DNA of 62,676 bases from Gekko japonicus (Eukaryota): contig NW_015168051.1 of NCBI RefSeq assembly GCF_001447785.1, positions 1,017,114 through 1,079,789 of the forward strand, given 5' to 3'. Every line of letters begins with the position of its first letter. The stretch's first letter is position 1. The position numbers and the translations under genes are program-made. Shown in pieces: positions 1-13,169 of this stretch. Below the pieces are notes generated by a model. That model did no database searches, had not been told where the DNA came from, and saw nothing but the letters and a program-made list of their open reading frames with translations.

Positions 1-103
1 ATTTATGATGATCAAAGATCATCCAAGCAGTTACCACCACAGTTTACGTACAAATATAAAATTAATGCACAAGGATTAAAATTCATAGACTTATAGGTAT
101 AAC

Positions 104-505
104 CAGGGGTCGTTTAGTAGAAAAAGAGGTGCAGGAGCTCATTAGCATAACTCATTAGCATGACTTGTTTGCATATGCCACACACCCTGACATCACTGGA
201 AGTGTGTCAGAAGGCAACACCCACCACTTAGGCTCCACTGGACTGTTTTGGATTGCTAGCTATTGGGGGGGGGAACGTGCAGATCTGTCCTTGCAGAGGA
301 GGAAGAGCTTGTACCTGAATAAAACTTAAAGGTGCCACTGGACTGTTTTGGGCTGGGGGGCTCTGCAACTTACCTGGCTGCTTCTTGCTCTAAGGGCTGC
401 TGGGAGCAGTGGGTGGGGCTTGTTGCATATGCAACAAGGGCTCTTTTCTTGGCTCTTTACTGCCAGAGCTCCGCTCCTGTGTGTTCCTGCAGGAAATTAC
501 TCCTG
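104..505. mobile_element. non-autonomous hAT element (MITE)
   Basis: Perfect 8-bp TSD GGTATAAC at 96-103 and 506-513. Imperfect terminal inverted repeats (TIRs) CAGGGGTCGTTT / AAATTACTCCTG. Confidence 0.85.
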
Positions 506-533
506 GGTATAACTGATTATGAGTAAAAAAAAT

Positions 534-1140
534 TTAAAAGGTTTGGAATATCTGCTTTTTTATGGCCATGGCCTCAGCACAGAATTTGGCCACTTTAGAG
601 GTGGTCTCGTTAGATTGGTCTCCTAGAAGGAGATACATATAGAATTTATCAGATTTTCCTGGGAACTTGGATACAACAGGGGCAGATATGGGGAACAAAC
701 GTCCTTGTAAAATAAGCAGTGTAACAACACGTGTTCCACTGTTTTGTTTGTGTTCAGTTGACAGGAACACAGACATTTGGGAGTAGGGAATGTATAAATA
801 TCTCCCTTCAGTAGTGCTGAGGGCAGACGATTAAAGCAAGCCAAGGTGAAAGCTCTCCAGTATTTGGGGAATTTTAGAGTGTAAGGATAGTTTGTTGCCT
901 CACAGTTTTGGCTGTTATTCCCTACCGCTGGACGGAGGTATGCCTGAGCTCTGTCTTGAAGAGCTGGGTCCCGAATCCATTGTTTAAGCATTTCTTTAGT
1001 TCCTGAGAACCCAAGATGGCATATTGCTGAGGGGCAGAAGCATTTATTGTCAGTCACGTCCACCCAACCTGGGCGATAGCTGTCCAAAAGAATTAAGGGG
1101 ATTAATCCAGTCGGGTTAAGTTTTAGCTTGAGCCAAAAAG
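534..1140 (-). mobile_element. non-LTR retrotransposon 3' fragment (C-terminal zinc knuckle)
   Basis: ORF 623-1087 contains RAFTLACFNRLPSALL...CLCSC...TVEHVLLHCLFYKD, a CCHC-type motif. A frameshifted continuation lies at 534-776. Clade not determined. Confidence 0.7.
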
Positions 1141-3539
1141 ATATTACTTGGTATCAACTGCAGGCTTCAAGTGACACCTGCCCTCATTCTATTCTAAGAA
1201 TTGCATTCGATGTGCAACAAAGAACACCAAATCTGGTTCTATGGATTTGAGACTAAATTCCTTCCAAGGGACACATGTGTACAAATTTTAAAACTTTAAA
1301 ATGTTAAGATAAAATGAAGAATGTATATTCAGGTGGTGTTGATACTGTATGAGTATCATTGTTTTTGAGAGATGTTTGTTTCAGTTGGGATTTTGGTTTC
1401 AAGTCAAGCACTTCTGTTGCAGACTCAAAGTCATAGCAGGCAACAAACACAGAATCATAAAATCGCAACACAGTTACATTGCCAGGGATTTATGTTACAA
1501 TTTTTAGACTCTCCTTTAAGAGAGACATTCAGAAAATTATTTTCATATATGGAACTGACGAATTTGCTCAAATCTAGAGCTGAGCAGAAAGAATCAGTCT
1601 GGGTTTCTTGCATAAGTCATTTAGCTGTGATTAGTGACCAGTGTTCTGACCAAAAATAAAAATAAATAGGAGATGAAATTTTGAGAGTACTGTTAAAAGC
1701 TCGCAGGAAAACAGAGTTGCTTTTCAATAGTAACAAAAGTGAAGACTGTGTTTGGCTCCCCTTCTTGAAGTGAGTTTCCAACATAATTGCTTTGCCTACT
1801 TAAACAACAATGCACATCTTGTGGGCAACTTGATCAAGATGATACACGTACTCTAAAATGCTCTTTCCTTTATTAAACAGTTCATAGCAATACATTCAAA
1901 CATTTATCTTTTTTCACCATCCAGAAAATCCGATAAAACCTGTTTAAAAGTTTGCATTTGTATCCTGGTAAGTTGACATTTGTAGAAGATTAATTGTGTA
2001 GCAAAATAGGAAGTTCCATGTTAAACTGACCAAGCAACAAAAAAATAGCAAGCCAGTGAGAGGATGCCTTGCAAACACTAGCAATGCTTTATTCCATTGA
2101 GGAGAGAGGCTTCTGGGATGCTCCCTGCTTTTTATCACCTGGCCCAAGAAAGCACAAGCTGCTGACTTACTGGATCTCTTGACTCTTCTACAGGTACCTG
2201 GCCTATTTAACAGGAGGTTGGGCTGAGGTGTGAGCCTCTTCTGTGAGCCAAAGGGCTCTTGTCTGTGGCTTGCAGTCTGTGGATTGAATGAACAATCAGG
2301 TCTTGAATGTGATCAGCTGCAGTTTATGGGAGAATCTTGTGTCTTGAATATGGAAAGAAGCTGTGCCTGAGGCTCAATTTTTATACAGGAGGGAGGGTAG
2401 GGATATGTCTTTCTGTTTGTTGTATACCAGGTGGGAGCTGGTTACCTCTGTGTTTATGTCCCATCTAGAGCCAGGTGACAGCTGGTCTCTGGGCTTGCTT
2501 TGTCTTATCCAGATCCAGGTGAGAGTTTGTATCTGGACTGTTGCCTGTAAGTTGGTTGTCTATCTTGTCTCACCAGATGGCTGGAAGTGTGTCTGGGGAA
2601 GTAGAATGGGGAGGGCAGTGGTGCACAATCAATAGGATGTGGAGTAGGGGGAAGCAGGACTTTATTTCTGGGGGAATGTGCTGGAATAGAGTTCCGGAAC
2701 CTCTTCAACAAAATTCTTTTAAAAATAATTAAATGTTTGTGAGTTTTCAGTATACTGTTGAAAGTTCTGGCACCTCTTTTTAAAAAAAAAGCCCTGGGAG
2801 GAAGTATGGTGGTGGGAGAAAAAGAAAGGGAAGGGGCAACAAACATTTGCATGCTGTGGCCCCTTCTTCCAGCCAGGATGATGCTGGTGACACTATCAAC
2901 ATCCTGCTGGGTTTTAATATCTTGCTTTCAAATGCCAGGTCAGTTGCAGGTAAAGTGGCAGCCATCAATGATTTAATTCTGGTTGGTGGGGTATCTGTCT
3001 CACAGGCTGATGAATTCAGACAGCATTGGGGGATTTTCCTGCTGATATGGTCAGGGCTCCTATTGGTGCCTTGGTTGACCTCTGGAATGGAGAAATGACC
3101 CAAGCAATTGACACAATTATGCCTACATGCACTCTGTTAGGTCAAAGCCCCGGGGCAGCCCCTCGGTTTACTGAAGGGCTGCAGTTGGCGGAAAAAGCAG
3201 GGGAGATGGCTAGAGGGACAGTGTAGAAAGTCTTGGGGAAAGTCTTACAAGACATAGGCTGCAGCTGATTTTAAAGCCTACTCCGTGGCAGTGATGGCAG
3301 CAAAGAAGCAGTTTTTCCCCCCACCAACATTGCATTCACGCGGTGTAGACCTGCAGAATTTCTCTGGGTGGTCAGGGTCCTATTGAGTTCTGGCGAGTGT
3401 AAGGGAGGGGGTCTGCTCTGCGGCCTGCTGCAATCTTTTTGCTAAGCACTTTGCAGATAAAATTTCTGCCATTTGTTCTGCCTTGGACTCTATGTGAGCA
3501 TAGTCCCAGCATGGATTGCATAGTCCCAGGGTGCCAATT

Positions 3540-3799
3540 TATCCAGTTGCGAGGAGGAGAATTTATACCCCAGCAGAGCGGTTTACAAACTCCTTTCCCT
3601 TCCCCTCCCCACAACAGACACCCTGAGGTAGGTGGGGCTGAGATAACTCTGACAGAAACTGCTCTTTTTCAAGAACAGCTGTGCCAGAATTATGGCTTGC
3701 CCAAGGTCATCCAGCCAGGTGCAAGTGGAGGAGTGGGGAATCAAACCCGGTTCTCCCAGATTAGAGTCCGTGCACTTAACCACTACACCAAACTGGCTC
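3540..3799 (-). mobile_element. tRNA-derived SINE (abundant squamate family, Squam3-like)
   Basis: The reverse complement begins GAGCCAGTTTGGTGTAGTGGTTAAG...GGTTTGATTCCC (A and B boxes). It is near-identical to 6842-6981. Confidence 0.85.
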
Positions 3800-5084
3800 C
3801 TTTCAGCTTGTGCAGTCTGAGGATGTGGACAGGAGTCTGTGTAATCTGAGACATACTGCCTATTTGTAGGACCCTTGTCCCTCCTGGCTGCTTAAATCTG
3901 TCTCCCTGAGAGATGTGGGGGTTGCTGCTGCCTTGAAATGGGCAGTGGAATGTCAAGTCCTAAAGAAACCTACTCTGGACCCAGAAGAGTTGAATAATTA
4001 CTGTCCAGTTTCAAATGTACCATTCTTGAGCAAGGTGATAAAACAAGTAGCGGCTGGCTAACTTCAGAGATTCCTGAATGAAGTGGATTGTTTAGGTACA
4101 TTCCAGTCTGGTTTGGGGCTTGGTTATGGGATGGAAACAGCCATGGCTGCCCTGGTGGATGACATGTGCTGGGAGATGGATGGGAGAATGTGACCCTGTT
4201 AATTCTCCTGTACCTCTCAGCTCTGTCTCACCCTACTAACAAATCCCAGGGAGGCTATGGAAACTGTCAACAGGTACCTGGAGGCAGTTTTGGAGTGGAT
4301 GAGGGCTAACCAGCTGACACTTGATCCTGACAAAATGGAAGTGCTAGGGGGGGGAGGTCTGACCCAGGAAATGGGTTGCCGGATGGGGTTGCACTCCACT
4401 TAAAGGAACATGTTTGTAGCTTGGTGTGTTCCTGGGCCCAGGCTTCCTGTTGGATACACAGGTAGCAGCAGTGGCCAGAAGGGCCTTTCACCAGCTTGGC
4501 TGGTGAGCCAGCTGCAACTCTTCCATGGCAGAAAAGATCTTGTCGCTGGGGCATATGCCCTAGTAACATCTAAATTAGATTACTGCAGTGTGTTCTGTGT
4601 GGGGCTGTCCTTAAAGACTGGAAGCTACAGCTGATACAGAGTGCTGTGACCAGAGTGTTGACTGGGGTGGGTCATAGGGACCTTATCACCTCAGTTTCCC
4701 CCCACCTACTCTGGCTCAATTCAGGGTGCTGGTATTGACCTTTAAAGCTCTATATGGCCTGGGACCAACATACCTTAAGGACTGCCTTCTTCTATACAAG
4801 CCTACTCTGTCATTCCAGTCACCCTCGGATGCCCAGTTTTGGTTGGCCCCATCATCAAGCTAGACAGTTGGTGACCTGAGAAAGGGCTTTGTCCCACATG
4901 GCACCAAAACTTTGGAAGTCCCTCTGGGAGATTCATTGGTCTCCTTCTGTTGGTGTCTTTCACCAGCATGTGAAGACTTTTTGGCCCTTCCCCAGATGTT
5001 GTTTATTTTTACTTTACTTTTCTATTTTTATGTGTTTGTGTTTTAATTGAATTATATACTTTAACTGTATTTTAATTGTTTAAA

Positions 5085-5434
5085 GAATTAAACTGCGGTG
5101 GCTCAAGTGGTTAAGATGCTGAACTGCAGGCTGTGGAAGGTCGGTAGTGCAGCAGTTCGAGACCTGAGTGTGCAGCGTGACGGAGTGAGCTCCCGTCTCT
5201 AGTTCCAGCTCCTGCCAACCTAGCAGTTTGAAAGCAAGAAATTGCAAGTAGATAAATAGGTACCACTTTAGTGGGAAGGTAACAGTGTTCCGTGCGTCTT
5301 GGTGTTTAGTCATGCCAGCCACATGACCACGGAAATGTCTTCGGACAGTGCTGGCTCTTTGGCTTTGAAACGGAGATGAGCACCGCAACGCTAGAGTCGG
5401 ATTCGACTGGCTTTCGAGCAAGAGAACCTTTACC
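5085..5434 (+). mobile_element. Sauria SINE
   Basis: tRNA-like head, BovB-like 3' end and ACCTTT tail. 14-bp TSD TTTAATTGTTTAAA at 5071-5084 and 5435-5448. Highly similar to the 43393 and 60786 copies. Confidence 0.9.
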
Positions 5435-5984
5435 TTTAATTGTTTAAATATTTTATGTTTGCTACCTTGTAGTCCCTGATTAGGAGCAAAGGCAGCATAA
5501 AAATATTTTAAATATATAATTTGTCCATCTAATGGACAGCCAGTACATGGCACCATACAAAAATAATTGCATTTGGAGTACTCCATAATACTCTAAAATG
5601 CTGCAAAGTCCACAAACCAGTTCTTGTTTTAATCAATACATGTGCACTGTCCACAAGCTGGATGAGCTGCCTAAGCCACACATTGCTGGCACGCAAATGC
5701 TACTTGTAACACTGACTGCATGGGTCGATGGTGTTTACTAACTAATTTTCAGAGACTTTTTATGTCATGTTACATTTAAATTCATTATCAGTTGGAACAA
5801 GAATGAAAATATTGAGCAGCATTAGGTAAGGTTTTTTTGTGTGTGTTCTTACCCTTTATTTGAATGAATATTAGTGAGAGAGGAGTGATAACTTCCATCC
5901 AAGGATCCTCAAGACTCTTTTTGTAAGCCTTTGAATCACTGAGTTGGATCCTGCCTAGAATTTCTGCGGGTTCAAAGAGAGAAG

Positions 5985-6195
5985 CTGTCCAAATAGGCCA
6001 GCTTAGCCTGGGCTCATCAGAACTTGGGAGGTAAACAAGGTCAGTCATAGTCTGGTATTTTGATGGGAGACCAGCAAGGAAAACAGGGGTCACTATGTGG
6101 AAGAAGGCAATGGCAAACCACCTCTGCTCATCTCTTACCTGGAACAGCCCATGGGTGGGGTCACCATGAGTTGGTTAGGATGTAATGGCACATTC
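5985..6195 (+). mobile_element. 5S rRNA-derived SINE with BovB-related body (degenerate)
   Basis: 5S-like TATTTTGATGGGAGACC followed by GAAGAAGGCAATGGCAAACCACCTCT. Confidence 0.7.
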
Positions 6196-6361
6196 TTATC
6201 CAAGGAGAAATCCTGCTCCTGGTGGATGAGTGATACCCAGAAATACATTGGAGGGGGAATTAGAGGTTACCACAAAAGGGGGGAAACTAGCACACACCGT
6301 GATGGACTGCACTTTTAAAAAGCTTAGAAGGGCTGTACAAACAGCTGAAGGACTGGAACAT

Positions 6362-6490
6362 ATGAAGAAGTGTGCGTGCACATGAAAGCTTATACCTTGA
6401 ATAAAATTTAGTTGGTCTTAAAGGTGCCACTGGACTCAAACTTTGTTCTGCTGCTTCAGACCAATATGGCTTACCCAATTGAATCTAGCT
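6362..6490 (+). mobile_element. Penelope-like terminal repeat fragment with decayed hammerhead motif
   Basis: (A)TGAAGA-A-GTGTG-CGTG-CACAT-GAAA-GCTT-ATACC, then TTGAATAAAA...GTCTTAAAGGTGCCACTGGACTC. Related copies occur at about 306, 7562, 19265 and 20918. Confidence 0.7.
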
Positions 6491-6841
6491 GAAGATCTGT
6501 GAAGGGTTAATTCTTCACAGAAACAGAGAGTCTTGAGTGACAGGCTGCTCCAAGCAATCTGATTGGTTAGCATCAGGTGAGCAGAGAGGAACTTTAGAGC
6601 TGAATGCTGAGGAGGAGAACTCGTTCAGAATTCAGCCCTGACTGAGAGCAGTTTAACACAGACAGGAGGACGGGGAAAGTTGGCAAGGAAGTTTGGGAAG
6701 TAGTGAAGACTCCCATTCGGGCCAAAGAAAGAGCTTCTACTGAGAGGAGAATTTCCCTACCCAGTCAAGCAGGGAGTTAGCTCTGAACAGTACAGAGATC
6801 CCTGGTGTGGTGTGGTTAGAAACTGCTTTTAAAGACCTTAA

Positions 6842-6981
6842 GAGCCAGTTTGGTGTAGTGGTTAAGTGCGTGGACTCTAATCTGGGAGAACCGGGTTTGA
6901 TTCCCCACTCCTCCACTTGCACCTGGCTGGATGACCTTGGGCAAGCCATAACTCTGGCACAGCTGTTCTTGAAAAAGAGCA
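6842..6981 (+). mobile_element. tRNA-derived SINE running into an assembly gap
   Basis: Same family as 3540-3799. Confidence 0.85.
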
Positions 6982-7561
6982 NNNNNNNNNNNNNNNNNNN
7001 NNNNNNNNNNNNNNNNNNNNNNNNNNNNNNNNNNNNNNNNNNNNNNNNNNNNNNNNNNNNNNNNNNNNNNNNNNNNNNNNNNNNNNNNNNNNNNNNNNNN
7101 NNNNNNNNNNNNNNNNNNNNNNNNNNNNNNNNNNNNNNNNNNNNNNNNNNNNNNNNNNNNNNNNNNNNNNNNNNNNNNNNNNNNNNNNNNNNNNNNNNNN
7201 NNNNNNNNNNNNNNNNNNNNNNNNNNNNNNNNNNNNNNNNNNNNNNNNNNNNNNNNNNNNNNNNNNNNNNNNNNNNNNNNNNNNNNNNNNNNNNNNNNNN
7301 NNNNNNNNNNNNNNNNNNNNNNNNNNNNNNNNNNNNNNNNNNNNNNNNNNNNNNNNNNNNNNNNNNNNNNNNNNNNNNNNNNNNNNNNNNNNNNNNNNNN
7401 NNNNNNNNNNNNNNNNNNNNNNNNNNNNNNNNNNNNNNNNNNNNNNNNNNNNNNNNNNNNNNNNNNNNNNNNNNNATGGTGAATCACCTTGCCCTTGTTA
7501 GCCGCCCTGAGCCCACTGGGGAGGGCGGGATACAAATGTGAAAAACAAACAAACAAATAAT

Positions 7562-7750
7562 ATAAGAAGTGTGCATGCACCCGAAAGCCTTGAATAAAAC
7601 TTTGCTGGTCTTAAAGGTGTCACTGGACTCAAACTTTGTCTTTCTTTACATTCAGTTCGTTTCAGAGGGTAGCTAGAGGGTAGTCTGCGGTAGTACAGCT
7701 TTTGAGAGTAGTACAGCTTTTGAGAGTCAAGACTCCCTTCATCAGATACC
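7562..7750. mobile_element. two opposed Penelope-like terminal fragments
   Basis: The + copy at 7562-7640 matches 6362-6490. The - copy at 7711-7750 reads GGTAT-CTGATGA-AGGGAGTC-TT-GACTCTC-AAAA-GCTG. There is an 18-bp tandem duplication at 7690-7725. Confidence 0.65.
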
Positions 7751-10700
7751 ACTGTCTCAGGGCCAGATTAAGGCCAACTGTTGCCCTAAACACAGCCCAA
7801 CAGTGGGTTTCTGTTCTAATCTCTGCTGTTCATTTCCGCCTGCCATTTTCACCATCTTTCATATCATTCCTCTTGTTTTTTTCAATTCACTGTGAGATTC
7901 TCTTCCTTTGTGGCATAAAGCTATTAATGATCATCCTCCTCTTCATATCTTTTTTTGTCCCATTCTCCCTGTTCTTTTCGAATTGATTATATTACTAAGC
8001 CCTTCAATCTATACAATGGCTCATCCTTACTTCTCATTAATTTTCTTGTAACATTGTGTTTGGTCATTGCTTTGAGCACCTTATCATTTTCTAAATAGCA
8101 TGGTGATGGTGGTAAAAAGAATCTGCTTGAATGCACTGTGTATGAAGTGTTTCAGTGAAGTGATCGTTCTTATAGTGTACCTATTATATGTTTGCTGGTT
8201 TGGGGTTTGTGTTATTGGGTTCATCCTGATGGTGGCAGCAAATGTTAACAGAAGCAATTACAGCTTTCTCTGGATTACACCTGTACTCACCCCTTGGGAA
8301 ACTTCACAGCACGATCCTATGCATGTCTGCTGTGTGGTAGATTGTGCCAAGTTCAGTGGGGCCTGCTCCCTAGTAAGTGCATTTAGGGTTACAGCTTTTA
8401 AATATATTTAAATACATACTTTGCCTTCTAATAGAGGCAACTGTTAGTCTTTTGAGACTGTAGGGTACTATCTGATATTTGGATTTGTAATCTAGTTTAT
8501 AGAAAAAGTACATAATCTTGGAATTTGAATCCAGGAATCCGTATGTGCTTTGGGGATGTTTTCATGAGACTCTTGACTGCCAGTGAACCATACATTTAAC
8601 TATAGAGAACCAAACAAATTCAGACCACAGGAATATATGTACCTTCAGTATAAGAACTGTGAGAACAAGCCTGTTCTAATACCAACTACAGTTTTTTCCA
8701 GGCCTTGGCTCAGCAGAAGTACGTTATAGAACCTAAAAGTTCTGTTGCCTTTCACACTGGAAGTGGTAAATGAAAATAGACAATCAGACCCCCTTGCAGA
8801 TATCCCATGTCAACTAGTTATCTTTTAAGGTTCACCAAATAACTCTTGCCTCTTAATTTTGCCTTGGAATTTGTATGGATAGTATTTGTATTGTTCTGAC
8901 AAGGAATTCCAGGAATGTTTTTAAAAAGTGATATTAAGAACCATCCTAAGCAGGTCTGCTCAGAGTCCTACTCAGGTCTATTCAGTGAGGCTTACTCCTA
9001 GGAAAGTGGTTTTAGGGTGGCACTGCTAGCCTATTTGTGATCTACATGGATCAACCACTGCAAATGAATATGCTTTTGGGGAAGGGCATGAGGTTGGATT
9101 CTGCTGACTACAATTACTGTGAGAGCTTATGAGAATTCTTTCCATCTTTGCTATCTGACTCACATTAATCAGTTTTGGCAACAACTCCTATTTTATTTAT
9201 TTATTTATCTGGATTTTTAAACCACCCTTTCCTGAAAGATGTGTATCTGAAAGTCTTTCTCCCTCATTTTTGTGAATTCTTATATTTCTCTGGGACATTT
9301 TAAACATTATGTATATCATACTAGAAAATATGTTCTGCTGTTTGTGTACAGAAAATACATATCCTAATGCCATTTTAATCCTGACAGGAGATTTTATGGT
9401 CACGTGGGATAAAAAAAATAAATCACAGCCAAGTATTTCAGTGTAAAATTAAAGGATTTCTTTTTCAATTCTGGTAGAAGATTAAAAGATGCCAAGAGTA
9501 ATTCCACAGGTATTTGTTTTTTGAAAGTTTTTTTAGAAATTTAATTTGAAACTGTAAATGGATCAGAATTATGTGATAGCCATGGAAATTCTTTGTATCC
9601 ATTTTGGTTCTGCACGTAGTACCAGTGCCATAGTTATTCACTGTGGTTCCTATTATCCCCAAGCCATTATAGTTGATTTTGCAGCTTTGACAGGAAACAT
9701 CTACCTCACCAGTTGTAAATAATTTGCAAGAATATGAAAAAAAGAATTTCTGCCCTTACTTATAATTAGTGCAGCTTGCAACGTTTTATGGGAACATCCT
9801 TTTCCTGTTCCTTAACCACACCCCAAGATTTAAAGTGCATAAACAAAGGCGAAGCAATATTTTCCATCTACTCCTGCTGCTTTGATTTTACTTTAAGGCT
9901 CTTTCTCCAGAAATGCTGAGATGTTATAATAGCATTTAAGCATATCTTACACTGGTCTAAGGTCTTTAACCTTTCCAGACTTAGGACCTGTCTTTAATGC
10001 CCAGGTGGTGGCATAGGCCTACTGAGTTAAAACCATATAACATGAAATCACCTGACCAGAGTTCTGTTACAGGAGGAGGAGGATCCAGAGTCCCAAAAGA
10101 TTTCACATAGCAAGTGTGCACAGCACAGTAAAGGACTGACTGGCAGGATGGGAGATAAGCAAAGATAAGGGTTAGCTTCTGTGGGGAGGGGGTTGTTTCT
10201 GAAGTGTCTCTGCTGAACAGGAATCCGCTTTTCTGAGTGACCCTGCCTCACTGCCCTGTTATATTTCTAAGCATCTATGCAGAGAGAGGCATATGCCTTT
10301 CAAAGAGCACCAAAACAATGTGGTGGCTAATATGGGTTTTTGACCCATCTGATGGTATCAGCCCATGTGGTGAAGTTGCATAGAGTCTTAGACAATGTGA
10401 CCCCCTTACCTTCAACATTACCGCTCAGAGACAGGAGTCCCCTTCTGTCACAAGTATGACCCAGTCTCTACTACAGCATTCTCTGACACACAAAGAACAT
10501 GGGTGAGGTTATTCTCTAACTTCATGCTGGACTTTGGAGAAGGAAGAAAGTAGCACAAATGCCTCTCTGAGGGATTCAGATTGCATCTTTTCTTTGTGAA
10601 ATCTTGGCATATGGAGCTTGTCACTAACATTTTTGAAGTATTTGGGAAAAGAGGTTCCAGTTTGGAGCTCTTCTAACATATGTCTCTCCCTGCCCCATAG

Positions 10701-11379
10701 ATTCAGAGTTTCTGTACATTTTACATCTCTAGTTGTCAGGGGAGGAGGGAAAATCTATATTTGATACTCTGAAACAGTGTGTGACTTGAAGAAGTAGTAG
10801 AGGAGTTAGGGGCCACTCTATAATGTTCCGTGCCCTTTGGCTCAGCCATTCTTCGTTTAAAATGTATGTCAGAAATTCACTGATCAACAGAATGGGCAGA
10901 ATAAGGAGCCTTGTTCTGTTGATGAAGTTTGTTGCAGTTATGTTTATGCGTATTTAAGGTACCTTGGTTCTGGGTCTTTGGATCAGAGCTTAAAAGATCA
11001 GAAGAATAGGGAAGCCTTCTTGTAGTTCTAGCAAGTTAATGCTGTGCGGGCTTTCCTTACTTCTAGTCACTGTGTTATAGCAAGCGTTTTTTGTTTCTTC
11101 TGTATTTTGTTAGGTTGAAAAGAAAGGAATAAGAATGACTGGATTTTGCGATCACCATCCTGATAATGCTTAGTCCCAATGTTAATCTAGGGTTTTCGTT
11201 CCAAAAATCTTCTGTCAAATTTAATGGAAGCTGGAGAAGGAAAACCCAAGGATTAAAGAGAGGATTTGCCTTCCTACTACCCTGGCATCCATGGAGACAA
11301 AGGGGAAACCTACTGGATTCATCAGCCATTCCATGGAGTGGGGGCAACACTGGAGAATGCACACGTACAGGCAATTGTT

Positions 11380-12460
11380 AATCTTGCCCATTTGCAGGCT
11401 GACACCTGTAGAAGGCCCTGTTCAGATGAGTGCATTTGTCATGACAGGGTAGAGGATGAGAGATCCTGCAGATGTGATGGTTCAGTGCCATCAAGAGGGT
11501 TGTATGTGGAGGCTAGTACTATGAATTGAACCCAATAACTAATGGGCAGCCAACGAATATTCATACACCGCCTATTTCCTGATAATAACCAAGCTGTGGT
11601 ATTCCGCAGTAACTGGAGTTTCTGAGATCTACATAGATTACATTACAGTAGTCAGCCTCAATGTTACCATCATGTGGATCCAGGTGGCCAGGTCAGCTGA
11701 GTCAAGGTAGGGGGCCATCCTCCAGGCTAAACTAAGTTGGAAGAAAGTGTATTTTTGTGGCTGCATTTATTTGTTTCTACAGCAGTAATGCTGGGTCCAG
11801 AATAACTAGCCCCAAGGCTCTGAACTGAGTCAGCAAGGATCAGCTGAACCCCATCAAAAAGCATAATGCTGTTCAAGACTATAGGCTTCCCAGTCAGCAT
11901 TACCTCGGTCTTGTCAGGGTTCACTTTCACTTTGTTCACTCTCATCCATTTAACTACAGCAGTCAGTCAGTGGCTCAGGATCTCTGTTGCATTCACAGGA
12001 GATTTTGGTAGTTTGGTATGAATGATTTCTCCTGATGGCTTTACATAGAGGTTGAATAGATGGGTCACAAGACTGCACCCAGTGGAACCCTACAGGACCA
12101 GTCCCATGCTAAAGATAAGTGATCTTCAGCAGCAACTCTTAAGTCTGGTCCCCAAGAAATGCTATGAAAGCAATCTGAAGCACATCCCCTGATGTCTACA
12201 TCTCCAGATGTCTCAAGATAGCATGGTCTATTTAAAAGGCTGTAAATCCTGTATGAGCAACAAAGAGAGTGTGAACTTTGTCTACATTAATATAGAGATC
12301 ATCAGCTAAAGCGACCGGTGCCATCTCTGGCTTGTAGTCTGAAACCAGACTGAAAAGGGTCTGGAGCTCATGAGTTATCCAAGAAGGCCTGGAGTTGGTC
12401 CACCACTGCTCTCTCAATCAGCTTGCACAGAAAGGACAAATTAGAGCTTGTGTGTTCATC
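11380..12460 (-). mobile_element. degenerate L2-clade LINE RT and 3' region
   Basis: Peptides MRVNKVKVNPDKTEVML and DYKPEMAPVALADDL in the ORF track. Confidence 0.75.
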
Positions 12461-13169
12461 AGATTCAGATTGTGAATACTTTGCCATGATTGTCCCTCTT
12501 CCCCCTCCGTTTCGCCAATACACCTGGCAGGAAGAAAAATATTAATTCACAAATTATTAGCTTGCATGCTTTCTTTGTCTTAGGTTTNNNNNNNNNNNNN
12601 NNNTAGGGAAAGCTGTAGGGCTTGTCTCGCTAGCCTTGACCATTTTGCCTCCCTGACCTCAAAGCCAAATATGCTCTTTATCTCTCTTTTTATGTTTTGC
12701 ATTTATTTGGTGCATTCATTCTCCTGCTGTCCCCTGGGACTTGTAGTTCACTTTTGAGCATGTGGCCAGCATGATGAATGCTGCCAACTGATGAGTGACA
12801 CTAACCAGCAGGTGCAAAAGCAGTATATGTACTTTAATGTGGTTAATTTGAAATGGTGCATGACCTGACATGGTGACCTGGGGGCACCGGTATTCTAAGC
12901 AAGCCAGTAAATTGTGTTTCAGCAGCATCTGCTCACTATGCAAATGCAGAACTACTTGGAAAAGTGGTGTTTGTTTTGAATTGCAAGCAAATAATCTAGG
13001 CAATAATCTGTGGCTTTCAGCTTGACATAAAACAGGCTTTGTAAACAAGGTCAGTTTGTTTTTAATTTTATTTTTATTTTTTGAAAAAATTGTGAAAGGG
13101 CTGCTAAAAATTTTAAGATTGTGGGCACGTGCTGGGCTGATTTGAAGGGGTTTCATTTTTTATTTTGTT

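Larger units (their letters stand above)
2880..5515 (+). mobile_element. degenerate, internally deleted L2-clade LINE interrupted by two SINEs
   Basis: Endonuclease N-terminus (ILLSNARSVAGK...INDLI). RT-region peptides KKPTLDPEELNNYCPVSNVPFLSKVI and FQSG...ETAMAALVDD at about 3960-4165. ALVTSKLDYCSVFCVGL at about 4555-4610. Confidence 0.8.

Noticed and set aside
6807-7580. Long ORFs of 244-254 aa
   Set aside because: Artefacts of translating through the N gap at 6982-7475. The flanks are SINE sequence.
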